A stretch of DNA of 64,000 bases from an uncultured bacterium. Its GTDB lineage: Bacteria > Omnitrophota > Omnitrophia > Omnitrophales > Aquincolibacteriaceae. Made by a program: the position numbers and the translations under genes. Shown one piece after another: positions 27,208 through 36,859 of the stretch. Numbering within the stretch: the first letter of the stretch is position 1; each line of letters begins with the position of its first letter. The DNA lies in NCBI GenBank assembly GCA_964482725.1, contig CAYZYT010000012.1:1310-65309 (forward strand), read 5' to 3'. The notes under the pieces are model-generated. The model was given only the letters and a program-made list of their open reading frames with translations, searched no databases and was not told where the DNA came from.

Positions 27208-27945
27208 TTAAACCTGTCGATTTTCCTGAAATTCAATGCCAAAACCAAGCTGTTCCTTCCGGATCTCCTTGCGGCGGACCTTCCCCGCAACATGATATTC
27301 CTCCGGAAAATTAGCGCTTGGGAATATATGGATCTCCACAGGAAGATTCTCTATAGGCTCAATGGCAATAATCTTCGCCGCCGTTTCAAGATTCAAATAT
27401 TCGACAAAGATCCCCCCCTGGCTGATATTCGTGACGATAGCTTTCGTGATGACTATCTCATTATCAGCGCTCGTGATCCGAAGCTCCACGGGGATAGCAA
27501 CATGCATACGATGGTTTCTCCGGCCATCCAGTTGAAAACCGAGTGACTCCTTGGGGGTTTTTGCCCCCGGATCCAAATACCGCTTATCGGGATCCTTATC
27601 ATAGAGAAACGGCCCAAAACTCTCTGCCACCTCTTTCTCATCCGCACAGATATCCACCTTTCCTGAGAAGCAATTATCCTCGAGAAAATTGGCCATATCG
27701 GGTGAGGCTCCGTAGAGCGCACTGTGTTTGGGTCGAATACAAACGGTCAGGAGCCGCCTAAGCCCTATAGTGTCCAAGGGGCCCGCCGCCTTAAAATTCA
27801 GAATGATCTGGTGAAAGTGGTGACGCCGGATACTCTTCTGGATCTTCCAGGCCACTTCCTGCACCGACTCAAAGGTCGGCTCACCCTTAAGGTCGAAAAC
27901 AGCAACCCCTCCGATCTCTCGTGTCGAATAATGAAATTTGCTCAT
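27208..27945 (-). CDS. STAS-domain (anti-sigma-antagonist-like) plus PilZ-domain fusion protein; predicted c-di-GMP effector
   Basis: N-terminal STAS pattern (IGGVAVFDLKGEP...IILNFKAAGPLDTIGLRRLL). C-terminal PilZ motifs RRNHR and NISQGGIFV. Confidence 0.65.
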   Translation of the reverse strand: MSKFHYSTREIGGVAVFDLKGEPTFESVQEVAWKIQKSIRRHHFHQIILNFKAAGPLDTIGLRRLLTVCIRPKHSALYGASPDMANFLEDNCFSGKVDICADEKEVAESFGPFLYDKDPDKRYLDPGAKTPKESLGFQLDGRRNHRMHVAIPVELRITSADNEIVITKAIVTNISQGGIFVEYLNLETAAKIIAIEPIENLPVEIHIFPSANFPEEYHVAGKVRRKEIRKEQLGFGIEFQENRQV

Positions 27946-28100
27946 AGCATTCTCCGCTTTCTGGAGCGCTCAGTGCGACGAAGTTCCCGGTGAAGCTTCG
28001 GGGACATGTAGCCCGAAAGGATATCGCCCTGATGAATAACACAAAACGTGAGAGGCCCGCCCCGGACATTCATTTTTGCGTCTCGAATCCCGTAGAGATC
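27943..28100 (-). CDS. Micro-ORF (52 aa) translationally coupled to the STAS-PilZ gene
   Basis: ATG at 28100. Product MTHDLYGIRDAKMNVRGGPLTFCVIHQGDILSGYMSPKLHRELRRTERSRKRR. Its TGA stop overlaps the downstream ATG (ATGA). Below the 60-aa cutoff of the ORF track. Confidence 0.3.
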
Positions 28101-28419
28101 GTGGGTCATTTTTTTCTCCTTTACTTCAGTATTTACATCATTTCAAAAACTACTTTTATTACTTCCTAATAAAAACATAGCCTAACTATATTCTTTTGTC
28201 AATGCTACCAATCAAAATATCCACAGCAAAGCTCATTTATAGCAATGCATAGCAGAATTATTGATTTTTGAGCCATTTTTACACACAAAGATCATTTAGC
28301 GAGAGGATCACATGGCTATTGCTATCTCTTCAAAGCTTAAAACACAGCACAAGACACGGAAATAATCGCCTCAATAAACAACCCCTTTCCACCGCCTCGA
28401 AGATACAAAGAAATTATAC

Positions 28420-28446
28420 CAATTATTGACTATTAGTCAATAATTG
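28420..28446. promoter_or_regulatory. Perfect 13-1-13 palindrome (putative operator) in the AT-rich promoter region upstream of the micro-ORF/STAS-PilZ/giant-gene block
   Basis: caattattgacta-t-tagtcaataattg: the reverse complement of the left arm equals the right arm exactly. It lies in a roughly 400-bp AT-rich non-coding region. Confidence 0.5.
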
Positions 28447-28559
28447 CTTCACCTATTACCATTTTTATAAACCCAGCAACGCTCTAAACAAAATGAATGG
28501 AGGATTACGCAGGGGCTCGGGACAGAAGCGCTCCCGAAAAAGCCTATCGCTCGTTTGAG

Positions 28560-29897
28560 CTAAGGCTGGTAATACTGGGCGGGCTTGGAAAGATATTCCT
28601 GGTCGAGTTTTTTTCCAGGGTGATCATGAGGGTAGATGTAGCCCTTGCCGTGGCCGAGGTCTTTGGCGCCCGAATAGGCTGAGGACCGGAGATGCTGGGG
28701 CACCTGCTCGGTTTTCTGGTTCTGGACATCTTCCGTCGCACTCTCAATGGCCTTATAGCTGGCATTGCTCTTGGGGGCAAGCGCGAGGTAAGACACAACC
28801 TGCGCGAGAATGATGCGCGCTTCGGGCATACCGACAAACTCCACGGCCGTAAACCCGCTCGTCGCAAGGATCAATGCCTGGGGGTCCGCATTCCCAATGT
28901 CTTCGCTCGCGAAGATCACAAGACGCCGCACAATGAATCTCGGGTCCTCCCCCGCGTAAAGCATCTTGGCGAGCCAATAGATCGCGGCATTCACATCCGA
29001 ACCACGCAAACTCTTAATGAATGCGCTGATCGTATCGTAATGAAAATCCTCATCCCAGTCATATTGAACGATCTTTTTCTGGCATGATTCCTCAGCGACG
29101 GACGCCGTAAAATAAATAACACCCTTCTCATCCGGAGGCGTTGTCATCGCGCCCACGTCGAGCGCGTTCAGAGCTCTCCGCGCGTCGCCCGAGGCCTGCC
29201 TTGCGATGTGGTCAAGCGCCGCAGGATCAACCTCGATCTTGAGATTTCCAAGACCGCGCGCTTTATCTCCCAAGGCCCGATTCATAATGCGGATCAAATG
29301 AGATTCGTCATGCGGCTTTAGCTCGCAAACGATCGAGCGGGAAAGAAGCGGCCCTCGGATCGCGAAGGACGGATTCTGCGTTGTGGCGCCGATAAGAATG
29401 ATAACGCCGGACTCCACATCCGGCATCAGAATGTCCTGCTGGGCTTTGTTGAAACGATGGATCTCGTCAATAAAAAGAACGGTCTTGCGCTTAGAGCGCC
29501 TCAGAAGCTTCCGGGCCTCATCCTGGATCTTACGTATCTCCGCAACATTGGAGAGCACCGCATTGATCGAGACATAGCGAGCCGAGGTCGTGCGCGCAAT
29601 GACAAGCGCCAACGTGGTTTTACCGGTACCCGGAGGACCATAGAGAATAAGTGAGGAGAGACGGTCGGATTCCAAAGTTCTGCGGAGCAACTTTCCAGCG
29701 CCCAGAAGATGCTCCTGCCCCACGATATCGTCCAACGTGGCGGGCCGCATCCTGACCGCGAGCGGCGCATCCGGGGGGACTTGCAGGGAATCCTCCACCT
29801 CGGAGGAACCGAATAATTCGTCAGAAAACTCGGGAGAAGAATGGCGGAGGGCGGAGGGCGTCAAACCTTTTTCCTTTTGTTTTTCACCATCCTCCAT
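28560..29897 (-). CDS. rarA: Replication-associated recombination protein A (AAA+ ATPase)
   Basis: [11 protein letters not shown] Walker [17 protein letters not shown], and a MgsA C-terminal domain. Confidence 0.9.
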   Translation of the reverse strand: MEDGEKQKEKGLTPSALRHSSPEFSDELFGSSEVEDSLQVPPDAPLAVRMRPATLDDIVGQEHLLGAGKLLRRTLESDRLSSLILYGPPGTGKTTLALVIARTTSARYVSINAVLSNVAEIRKIQDEARKLLRRSKRKTVLFIDEIHRFNKAQQDILMPDVESGVIILIGATTQNPSFAIRGPLLSRSIVCELKPHDESHLIRIMNRALGDKARGLGNLKIEVDPAALDHIARQASGDARRALNALDVGAMTTPPDEKGVIYFTASVAEESCQKKIVQYDWDEDFHYDTISAFIKSLRGSDVNAAIYWLAKMLYAGEDPRFIVRRLVIFASEDIGNADPQALILATSGFTAVEFVGMPEARIILAQVVSYLALAPKSNASYKAIESATEDVQNQKTEQVPQHLRSSAYSGAKDLGHGKGYIYPHDHPGKKLDQEYLSKPAQYYQP

Positions 29898-29915
29898 CCA
29901 CCATCCTCCATCCGG

Positions 29916-31973
29916 TCAAGATTGAAAAGAGGCTTTGTGCTTTTCGACGAGCGTCTCCGCGATCTTCTCATGGATCTTCTGGACCTCGTCGGAGACAAGC
30001 GTTCGCTCGGGAGATTGATACACGACGCGGAACGCGAGATTCTTAAAACCTTCGGGGACACGCTTTCCTCGAAAAAGATCAAAAAGAGACACTTCCCGGA
30101 TCAGCCCTTGCCCCAACCCGCGGATCTCCCCCAATAAGTCCCCGCTTTTCACGGAATCCTTGACCACGATCGACAGGTCGCGTTCAATCGCCGGATATTT
30201 CGGCCACTCTTTGAACGCGCGGATCTTCTGCGCCTGCGGGAGAATTTTCTCGAGCGAGATCTCGGCATAGTAGACCGGTTCCTTCAGATCCCATTTCTCG
30301 AGAAGCTCATCAGAAACCTGTCCCATAAAAGCCAACGGCGTCTGCCACGTCCGAAGCTCCTCCGCAGTCCCTTCCAAGAAATAACTTTTTTGAAACTTTG
30401 CGACACAAAGGTCCTCGCATCCCGCATTTTTGAGGATCGCCTCGACGTAGCCCTTGAGATCAAAGAACGTAACGCTACGGGCCGCATCCAGCCACGTCTG
30501 CGTCGCCTTTTTCCCGTAAAGAGCGATCGCGCAAACACGTTCTTCCACGGGGTGCCTATGAACATCGGGCATGGAATAAACGTTCGCGATCTCGAACACC
30601 GGAATGGAGTCCGCGCCCGCATTCACGTTCTTCTGGATCACATTCAAAAGACTCGTAACGAGGGTCGGCCGCATCCAATGCAATCCGTGCTGGAGGGGGT
30701 TCACGATCTGAACGGCCTGCTTGAGGTCCTTCGCAGCATCGAGTCCTTCCCCGGAAATAAGGCTGAATGTGACGGTCTCGCAAAGCCCGGCCCCGCTCAA
30801 ATATTGTCGAACCTTACGCTCCAGGGAAAGCCGAGGGTTCTCGGCAAGCGAAACCGGCGGCCGCGCGGGAAGCGTTTCGGGGATATTGTCAAAACCGTAG
30901 ATCCGTGCGATCTCTTCGATGAGATCGATAGAACGCGTAAGATCCGCTCGAAATGACGGGATCCCCACTTTCAACACCCCTTCCGAATGAGGCTTTGCAT
31001 CAAGCCCAAGTCGGGTCAGGATCGATACGATCTGGCTGGGTTTGATCTCAACGCCGAGAACCTGCCTGACCTCATCAATTCGAAAATGAATCGTCTTCAC
31101 ATCCAGCTGAGGCTTCTCTCCGGCCTTGATCACCGCGCTGATATGGCGCGGCTTCGCATATTTCTGGATCAGCGCGAGGGCACGGCTCCGGCCCAAATCG
31201 ACGCCTTCCGGGTCCACACGACGCTCGAAGCGGTACGAGGAATCCGACGAGATCTGATGCGCATGCGAGGTCTTCCGAACGCGGCCGGGACTAAAGAAGG
31301 CCGATTCAAGAAAAACATTGCGCGTTTTATCACTGATCTCAGAATCTTTCCCCCCCATGACACCGGCCAAAGCCACAGCGCGATCGCTATCCGCGATCAA
31401 AAGGTCCTCGGTCTTGAGCTCGATCTCGGCGCCGTTAATGAGCGTGAATTTCTCGCCCTGCTTGGGCTTCCGAACCACGATCTCTTTCCCCCGGATCAGG
31501 TCCGCGTCAAAAGCATGGAGCGGCTGCCCGACTTCCATAAGCACATAATTCGTGATATCGACTATAAGATTAATGCTCCGGATCCCGCAGGCGAGGAGAC
31601 GGTTCACGATGAAATCCGGTGTTTTGGTCTCAGAGATCCCTTCGATCAACACGCCCGTATAATACGGACACCCGGCCGCGTCCTTGATCAGGATCTTCCA
31701 CCCTGGAGGGGGCATCCGACCGGCTTCCGGATCGACCCCGGGATTTTTTAAGGAAATATTCTCGACGGCTGCGATCTCTCGCGCCACGCCCCAATGAGAA
31801 AGCCAGTCCGGGCGGTTCGATGTAATCTCGATCTCAAAAAGAGTGTCCGAAGGATGGGCCAAGGCTTCACACTTCTTGACCTCGAGGCCGGCTAGAGTGA
31901 GCCGTTCCGCGATCCGCCCCACGGGAGGCGCAAGCTCCACAAAATCCTTCAACCAATTCGTACTGACTTTCAT
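29916..31973 (-). CDS. pheT: Phenylalanine--tRNA ligase beta subunit (short form, 685 aa)
   Basis: MKVSTNWLKDFVEL... N-terminus; B3/B4 and B5 core; C-terminal FDX-ACB-like end. Confidence 0.9.
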   Translation of the reverse strand: MKVSTNWLKDFVELAPPVGRIAERLTLAGLEVKKCEALAHPSDTLFEIEITSNRPDWLSHWGVAREIAAVENISLKNPGVDPEAGRMPPPGWKILIKDAAGCPYYTGVLIEGISETKTPDFIVNRLLACGIRSINLIVDITNYVLMEVGQPLHAFDADLIRGKEIVVRKPKQGEKFTLINGAEIELKTEDLLIADSDRAVALAGVMGGKDSEISDKTRNVFLESAFFSPGRVRKTSHAHQISSDSSYRFERRVDPEGVDLGRSRALALIQKYAKPRHISAVIKAGEKPQLDVKTIHFRIDEVRQVLGVEIKPSQIVSILTRLGLDAKPHSEGVLKVGIPSFRADLTRSIDLIEEIARIYGFDNIPETLPARPPVSLAENPRLSLERKVRQYLSGAGLCETVTFSLISGEGLDAAKDLKQAVQIVNPLQHGLHWMRPTLVTSLLNVIQKNVNAGADSIPVFEIANVYSMPDVHRHPVEERVCAIALYGKKATQTWLDAARSVTFFDLKGYVEAILKNAGCEDLCVAKFQKSYFLEGTAEELRTWQTPLAFMGQVSDELLEKWDLKEPVYYAEISLEKILPQAQKIRAFKEWPKYPAIERDLSIVVKDSVKSGDLLGEIRGLGQGLIREVSLFDLFRGKRVPEGFKNLAFRVVYQSPERTLVSDEVQKIHEKIAETLVEKHKASFQS

Positions 31974-32995
31974 GCGAATTGCCTCAAAAATCTCAGATCA
32001 TTCTCATAAAAATGACGTATATCGTTAATGCCATGTCGCAGCATCGCGATACGCTCCACGCCCAATCCGAACGCAAAGCCTTTCACAACATTCTTGTCAT
32101 AGCCGACTTCCTCAAAAACATTTGGATCGACGCTTCCTGCGCCTAAGATCTCAAGCCATCCCTTGCCCCACTGGATATCGATCTCGACACTAGGTTCCGT
32201 GAAAGGAAAAAAATGCGGGCGAAAACGTATCTTGGTCTGAGAGCCAAAGAGGTCCCTCAAGAAAAGATGGAGCACCCCTTTGAGATCGCTAAAGGTCACC
32301 CGATCATCGACCATCAAGCCTTCGATCTGGTGGAACATGAACGAATGGCTCGCATCGACGGTGTCGGGGCGATACACACGGCCCGGGGCAATGATCTGAA
32401 GCGGCGGCTTCCGTTCTTTCATCACCCGGATCTGAACCGTAGAAGTTTGGGAGCGCAGCAACTGGCCTTGCGTCGTGTAAAAAGTGTCGAAACCATCGCG
32501 CGAAGGATGATCGAGCGGTATATTAAGAGCTGTAAAATTATGAAATTCGGTCTCGATCTCCGGGCCTTCCACAGTCTCGAAGCCCATGCGGCTGAAGACG
32601 CTCGAGATCTCCTGGATCGTTTGTTGAAGAAGATGAATACTGCCCTGCGGGGGCCGGATACCGGGAAGCGTCTCGTCAAAGATCTCCAAGGATGCTTTTA
32701 CTTTGGGAGCCTTATGACGGAATTCTTCGACCGAGGACTCGAGCCACTGCTTGACGCGGTTGAGCTCAGCCCCTACTGATTTTTTTTCTTCCGGGGCAAC
32801 ATCCCCCAGCTTTTTGAAAAGCTCGGTCAGCTTGCCTTTTTTCCCGAGATAAGCCACACGGAAAAGCTCGACCTTTTCCATGGAATCGATATGGGAAAGG
32901 TCTTCACGAGCTTCCTTTTCAATGCGGCTGATCTGGTCTTTCATCGGGCATCCTCTAACAGCACAACACCCGGTGATGGCCCCAACGGCCGCCAC
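31970..32995 (-). CDS. pheS: Phenylalanine--tRNA ligase alpha subunit
   Basis: Class II aaRS motifs (FRPHFFPFTEPS..., GAGSVDPNV). 4-bp overlap with pheT. Confidence 0.9.
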   Translation of the reverse strand: MAAVGAITGCCAVRGCPMKDQISRIEKEAREDLSHIDSMEKVELFRVAYLGKKGKLTELFKKLGDVAPEEKKSVGAELNRVKQWLESSVEEFRHKAPKVKASLEIFDETLPGIRPPQGSIHLLQQTIQEISSVFSRMGFETVEGPEIETEFHNFTALNIPLDHPSRDGFDTFYTTQGQLLRSQTSTVQIRVMKERKPPLQIIAPGRVYRPDTVDASHSFMFHQIEGLMVDDRVTFSDLKGVLHLFLRDLFGSQTKIRFRPHFFPFTEPSVEIDIQWGKGWLEILGAGSVDPNVFEEVGYDKNVVKGFAFGLGVERIAMLRHGINDIRHFYENDLRFLRQFA

Positions 32996-33018
32996 CGGGT
33001 GTTTGCCAGAAAGGTTTC

Positions 33019-33378
33019 TTAGGAATTCTTGACGGTCTTGACGAGCTTCACGATCTCTTGAAAAGTCTTCTCGTCGCGCGCCGCGATTTCCGCGAGCGAT
33101 TTCCGGTTAAGACGGATCTTCGCCTTCAAGAGCGCGTTGATAAACCTGGAATACGACATCCCTCCGGCACGACACGCGGCGTTGATACGGGCGTTCCAGA
33201 GTGCGCGGAAATGACGCTTGCGCTGCTTGCGGTCACGGGTGGCGAAGGCCATCGCGCGAGCGACGGTTTCTTTCGCGGTCCGCAGCAAATTGCCGCGTCC
33301 CCCGACAAAGCCCTTGGCGCGCTTGAATATCTTCTTCTTCCGTTTTTTTGAAGCGACTGAGTTCGTTGCTCTTGGCAT
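33019..33378 (-). CDS. rplT: 50S ribosomal protein L20
   Basis: RAKGFVGGRGNLLRTAKETV...RFINALLKAKIRLNRKSLAEIA. Confidence 0.9.
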   Translation of the reverse strand: MPRATNSVASKKRKKKIFKRAKGFVGGRGNLLRTAKETVARAMAFATRDRKQRKRHFRALWNARINAACRAGGMSYSRFINALLKAKIRLNRKSLAEIAARDEKTFQEIVKLVKTVKNS

Positions 33379-33513
33379 AAAACACTCCCATTTTGACTAG
33401 CCCTTGTCCACCATCTTAAAAAATAAAATCGAGGATAAGGACAGTACTGTTAACCCATTCAATTTAATTAAAAACAGTGCTAGCTCAAACAGTTCAAACC
33501 GTTTCCAAGAAGA

Positions 33514-33714
33514 TCACTGGTTGTAAGGCATGGAAAACTTGATCGCGCGGACGTGCATCTTCTCAACCTGCAACTTGCCCCGGGACTGACGTTTTGATTT
33601 CGGGCTGCGATCGGTCATCATATGGCGGCGCTTGGTTCTGTTGGCCATGACCTTCCCGGTCTTTGTAATACGATAACGCTTTTGCATAGCTTTCTTCGTT
33701 TTAATCTTTGGCAT
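33514..33714 (-). CDS. rpmI: 50S ribosomal protein L35
   Basis: MPKIKTKKAMQKRYRITKTGKV... Confidence 0.9.
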   Translation of the reverse strand: MPKIKTKKAMQKRYRITKTGKVMANRTKRRHMMTDRSPKSKRQSRGKLQVEKMHVRAIKFSMPYNQ

Positions 33715-33732
33715 AACGGTTCCTTTATCCTG

Positions 33733-34329
33733 TTATTCTGTCTTCGCCGGCGGAGCACTGGGGTTCACCGGGACTGTTGATGAAGCGGGCACCACTTCTT
33801 TTTTCTTCACGGGCGCGATCTTGGCCAGATAGAGCATGATCGCCTTCCCTTCCAACCCGTCATTGCGTTCCACCATCGCGATATCCGCGAGGTCCTGAAC
33901 AAAACGGGCCACAAGCTTACGTCCCTTGTCCACATACACGATCTCGCGACCCCGAAAGAACACCACAAGCTTGACCTTGTCCCCGCGCTCAATGAACCGG
34001 CGCGCGTTACGGAGCTTGGTCTGGTAGTCGTTTTCGTCGATCTTCGTGGTCATCTTGACCTCTTTAATATCGATCGTCTTCTGCTTCTTGCGAGACTCCT
34101 TTTCCTTCCGTCCGAGCGTGTAAAGATATTTCCCGAGATCCATGATACGGCAAACAGGAGGGACGGTCGTTCCTGCGACTTCGACCAAATCCAATCCCGC
34201 TTCCTGCGCGCGTGCCAACCCATCCTGCGGCGTCACGATGCCGAACTGTTCCCCGGCAGCCCCGATCAACCGGATCTGCGCTGCACGGATGCGCTCATTA
34301 GCACGAACTTTTTGTGGACTGAGTGACAA
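33733..34329 (-). CDS. infC: Translation initiation factor IF-3
   Basis: IRAAQIRLIGAAGEQFGIV...VKLVVFFRGREIVY. The real start may be a non-ATG codon. Confidence 0.9.
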   Translation of the reverse strand: MSLSPQKVRANERIRAAQIRLIGAAGEQFGIVTPQDGLARAQEAGLDLVEVAGTTVPPVCRIMDLGKYLYTLGRKEKESRKKQKTIDIKEVKMTTKIDENDYQTKLRNARRFIERGDKVKLVVFFRGREIVYVDKGRKLVARFVQDLADIAMVERNDGLEGKAIMLYLAKIAPVKKKEVVPASSTVPVNPSAPPAKTE

Positions 34330-34353
34330 TGCTCCTCCTTGTGGGTTGAAAGA

Positions 34354-36081
34354 TTACTTCCTTTGCGAGATCTCTTGTTTGATCCGCTCGATCATCGCAT
34401 TCAGCTCCTGGGAACCCAGGTCCTGACGCCCGCGCATGCGGACCGCGATCTGTTGCGTTTCTATTTCTTTGTCCCCCAAAACAAAAACATAAGGGATCTT
34501 CATCATTTCCGCCTCGCGGATCTTATAGCCGATCTTTTCGGTCCGAAGATCCGATTCAACGCGAAGGCCTTCGTTCCTAAGCGTTTCAACCAGTTTCTGG
34601 GCATATTCGTTATGCCGTTCCGCGATCGTCATCACCCGGACTTGGACCGGGGAAAGCCAGAGTGGAAAAGCGCCGGCGTAATGCTCAATCAAAATGCCAA
34701 TAAAGCGTTCGAGACTTCCCAGGATCGCGCGGTGTAGCATGATCACGCGATGGTCTTGTCCATCCACGCCGGTATAATTCAGATCAAAACGCTCCGGCAT
34801 GCCCATATCGAGCTGGATCGTTCCGCACTGGAGCGTCCGCCCGATAGCATCCTTCAAATGAAAATCGATCTTCGGCCCATAAAAAGCGCCGTCACCCTCG
34901 TTAACCTTATAGGGGATTTTAAGCTCTTCCAGAGCATTCCGAAGCCCCGTCGTCGCTATCTCCCACTGTTCGTCCGTCCCGGTCGACTTGGCTGGCCGCG
35001 TTGAGAGCTCCACATGATAATCAAAATCAAAGGTTTTGTATACTTCATCCGTAAAGTGAATAGCCTCCACGACACTCGCCTGCAAGGCCTCGGGAGATGT
35101 AAAAATGTGCGCATCATCCTGCGTAAACCCACGCACACGAAAAAGCCCGGCCAACACGCCGGAACGTTCATACCGGTGCACCTTGCCAAACTCCGCCACC
35201 TTCAGAGGCAGCTCGCGATAGGAATGCTTCTCTTCTTTATACATCAACATCCCGCCCGGACAGTTCATGGGCTTTAAGGCATAAACTTCTTCATCTCGCT
35301 CCAGAAAGAACATGTTCTCCCGATAGTTGTCCCAGTGGCCTGAAGTCCGCCAGAGCTTATCCCTCAGAATCGTCGGGGTTTCAATCTCGGTATATCCGTA
35401 CGCCGAAAGTTTTTCGCGCATGAAAGCGATCAAAAGATTCTTGAGAACCAACCCCTTGGGCTTCCAGAACGGCAGGCCCGGACCTTCCTCATGAAAACTG
35501 AAAAGTCCAAGCTGTTTTCCTACTTTTCGGTGATCACGCTTCTGCGCCTCTTCGATCCGGGTGATATAAGCATCCAACTCTTTCTGGGACGGGAAAGCCG
35601 TTCCATAGATGCGCTGCAACATAGGATTCTTCTCATTCCCGCGCCAATAAGCCCCCGCCACAGAGAGAAGTTTGAACGCCTTGAGCTCGTCGGTATTCAT
35701 TACATGCCCGCCTTCGCAAAGGTCGGTAAACGGCCCATTCTGCACAAAGTTGACCGTATCCCCGGAGATCCCCTCGATGATCTCGAGCTTGTAATTCTCC
35801 TGCTTTTCCTTAAAGATCTTGCAAGCTTCGTCTTTCGTGACAGACCATTGTTTGAACGCCTGGCGCTCATTCACGATCTCACGCATCCTCTTTTCGATCT
35901 TCGGAAGATCCTCGTCCTGGAACGCCGTCTTCGAATCGAAGTCATAGTAAAACCCGTCATCGATCACAGGACCTATGGCAAGCTTGGTTCCGGGATAAAG
36001 GTCAAGGACAGCTTGGGCGAGAACGTGGGATGCGGAATGCCGCAGCCGATAGAGCGGCTCGTATTTCTTATCGTCTGACAT
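34354..36081 (-). CDS. thrS: Threonine--tRNA ligase (575 aa; appears to lack the N-terminal TGS domain)
   Basis: Class II core and anticodon-binding domain. The expected thrS-infC-rpmI-rplT-pheST operon order is conserved. Confidence 0.9.
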   Translation of the reverse strand: MSDDKKYEPLYRLRHSASHVLAQAVLDLYPGTKLAIGPVIDDGFYYDFDSKTAFQDEDLPKIEKRMREIVNERQAFKQWSVTKDEACKIFKEKQENYKLEIIEGISGDTVNFVQNGPFTDLCEGGHVMNTDELKAFKLLSVAGAYWRGNEKNPMLQRIYGTAFPSQKELDAYITRIEEAQKRDHRKVGKQLGLFSFHEEGPGLPFWKPKGLVLKNLLIAFMREKLSAYGYTEIETPTILRDKLWRTSGHWDNYRENMFFLERDEEVYALKPMNCPGGMLMYKEEKHSYRELPLKVAEFGKVHRYERSGVLAGLFRVRGFTQDDAHIFTSPEALQASVVEAIHFTDEVYKTFDFDYHVELSTRPAKSTGTDEQWEIATTGLRNALEELKIPYKVNEGDGAFYGPKIDFHLKDAIGRTLQCGTIQLDMGMPERFDLNYTGVDGQDHRVIMLHRAILGSLERFIGILIEHYAGAFPLWLSPVQVRVMTIAERHNEYAQKLVETLRNEGLRVESDLRTEKIGYKIREAEMMKIPYVFVLGDKEIETQQIAVRMRGRQDLGSQELNAMIERIKQEISQRK

Positions 36082-36149
36082 GCTGAGTCATGATTCTTTT
36101 TCTATCCTTGTTATTTATTCTTTTTCTAAATGGTTGACAAGGATTGCCC

Positions 36150-36175
36150 CATCCCGCCTATGTGGCGGCGGGATG
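36150..36175 (-). promoter_or_regulatory. 9-bp perfect stem hairpin in the thrS 5' leader
   Basis: catcccgcc-tatgtggc-ggcgggatg, 70-95 nt upstream of the thrS ATG and between tRNA-Asp and thrS. Confidence 0.3.
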
Positions 36176-36253
36176 ATAAGAACTGGGACTCAGTCCTTGC
36201 TGTCTCGTAAAATAAAACCTGATTTTCCTTCCGATGCCATTTCCACAAGGAAA

Positions 36254-36330
36254 TGGCGGGGCCGACGGGGCTCGAACCCGCAACCTCCGGATCGACAGTC
36301 CGGAGCTCTAACCAATTGAGCTACAGCCCC
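36254..36330 (-). tRNA. tRNA-Asp (anticodon GTC), CCA encoded
   Basis: Reverse complement GGGGCTGTAGCTCAATTGGTTAGAGCTCCGGACTGTCGATCCGGAGGTTGCGGGTTCGAGCCCCGTCGGCCCCGCCA. Anticodon loop CTGTCGA. Confidence 0.85.
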
Positions 36331-36522
36331 ACAAAGATGGGGGATAAAAAACAACGCTACGCAGAAACATGCGCCTCACGAAGAGCGGTATTCTATAAGG
36401 AGAAACGAACTATCTCAAGAGAAAATTCAAACAAAGATAGGGCCGACCCTGATTCTCGTTCATGAACAAAACAACGGATCATCAGGATCGTCCAGATCGC
36501 CATCCTAAAAAGAACATAACTC

Positions 36523-36666
36523 TGGGCGATGAGGGATTCGGCGCCTGCCGCTACGCTTCAGGTCGGCCACCCGCCCAACAAGCATGACATCAGGTCATAC
36601 TTGTCTGATGGGCTCCTTTCGAATCCCCTTTAGGCCAAATCACCTTTCAATAAAAGAAAATAGATT
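36523..36666. repeat. tRNA-Val 3'-end direct repeat plus conserved structured element (copy B), immediately 3' of tRNA-Val
   Basis: tgggcgatgagggattcg at 36523-36540 duplicates the tRNA-Val 3' end at 36667-36684. The intervening 126 bp carry the core cttcaggtcggccacccgccc + hairpin + gggctcctttcgaatcccc, homologous to 2162-2265. Confidence 0.45.
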
Positions 36667-36740
36667 TGGGCGATGAGGGATTCGAACCCCCGACCCTCTC
36701 CGTGTAAAGGAGATGCTCTAACCAACTGAGCTAATCGCCC
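36667..36740 (-). tRNA. tRNA-Val (anticodon TAC)
   Basis: Reverse complement GGGCGATTAGCTCAGTTGGTTAGAGCATCTCCTTTACACGGAGAGGGTCGGGGGTTCGAATCCCTCATCGCCCA. Acceptor GGGCGAT/ATCGCCC. No encoded CCA. Confidence 0.85.
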
Positions 36741-36859
36741 GCAAACATAAGATCCCCCAAAACTACTAACTATCTTTTTTATGCCACAGGATTCCCAGCC
36801 ACAAAGCGCTGGCGGGTCCGTCCGACAGCGCTTTGCGGACAGGTCCGCCGCGCTGTTTG

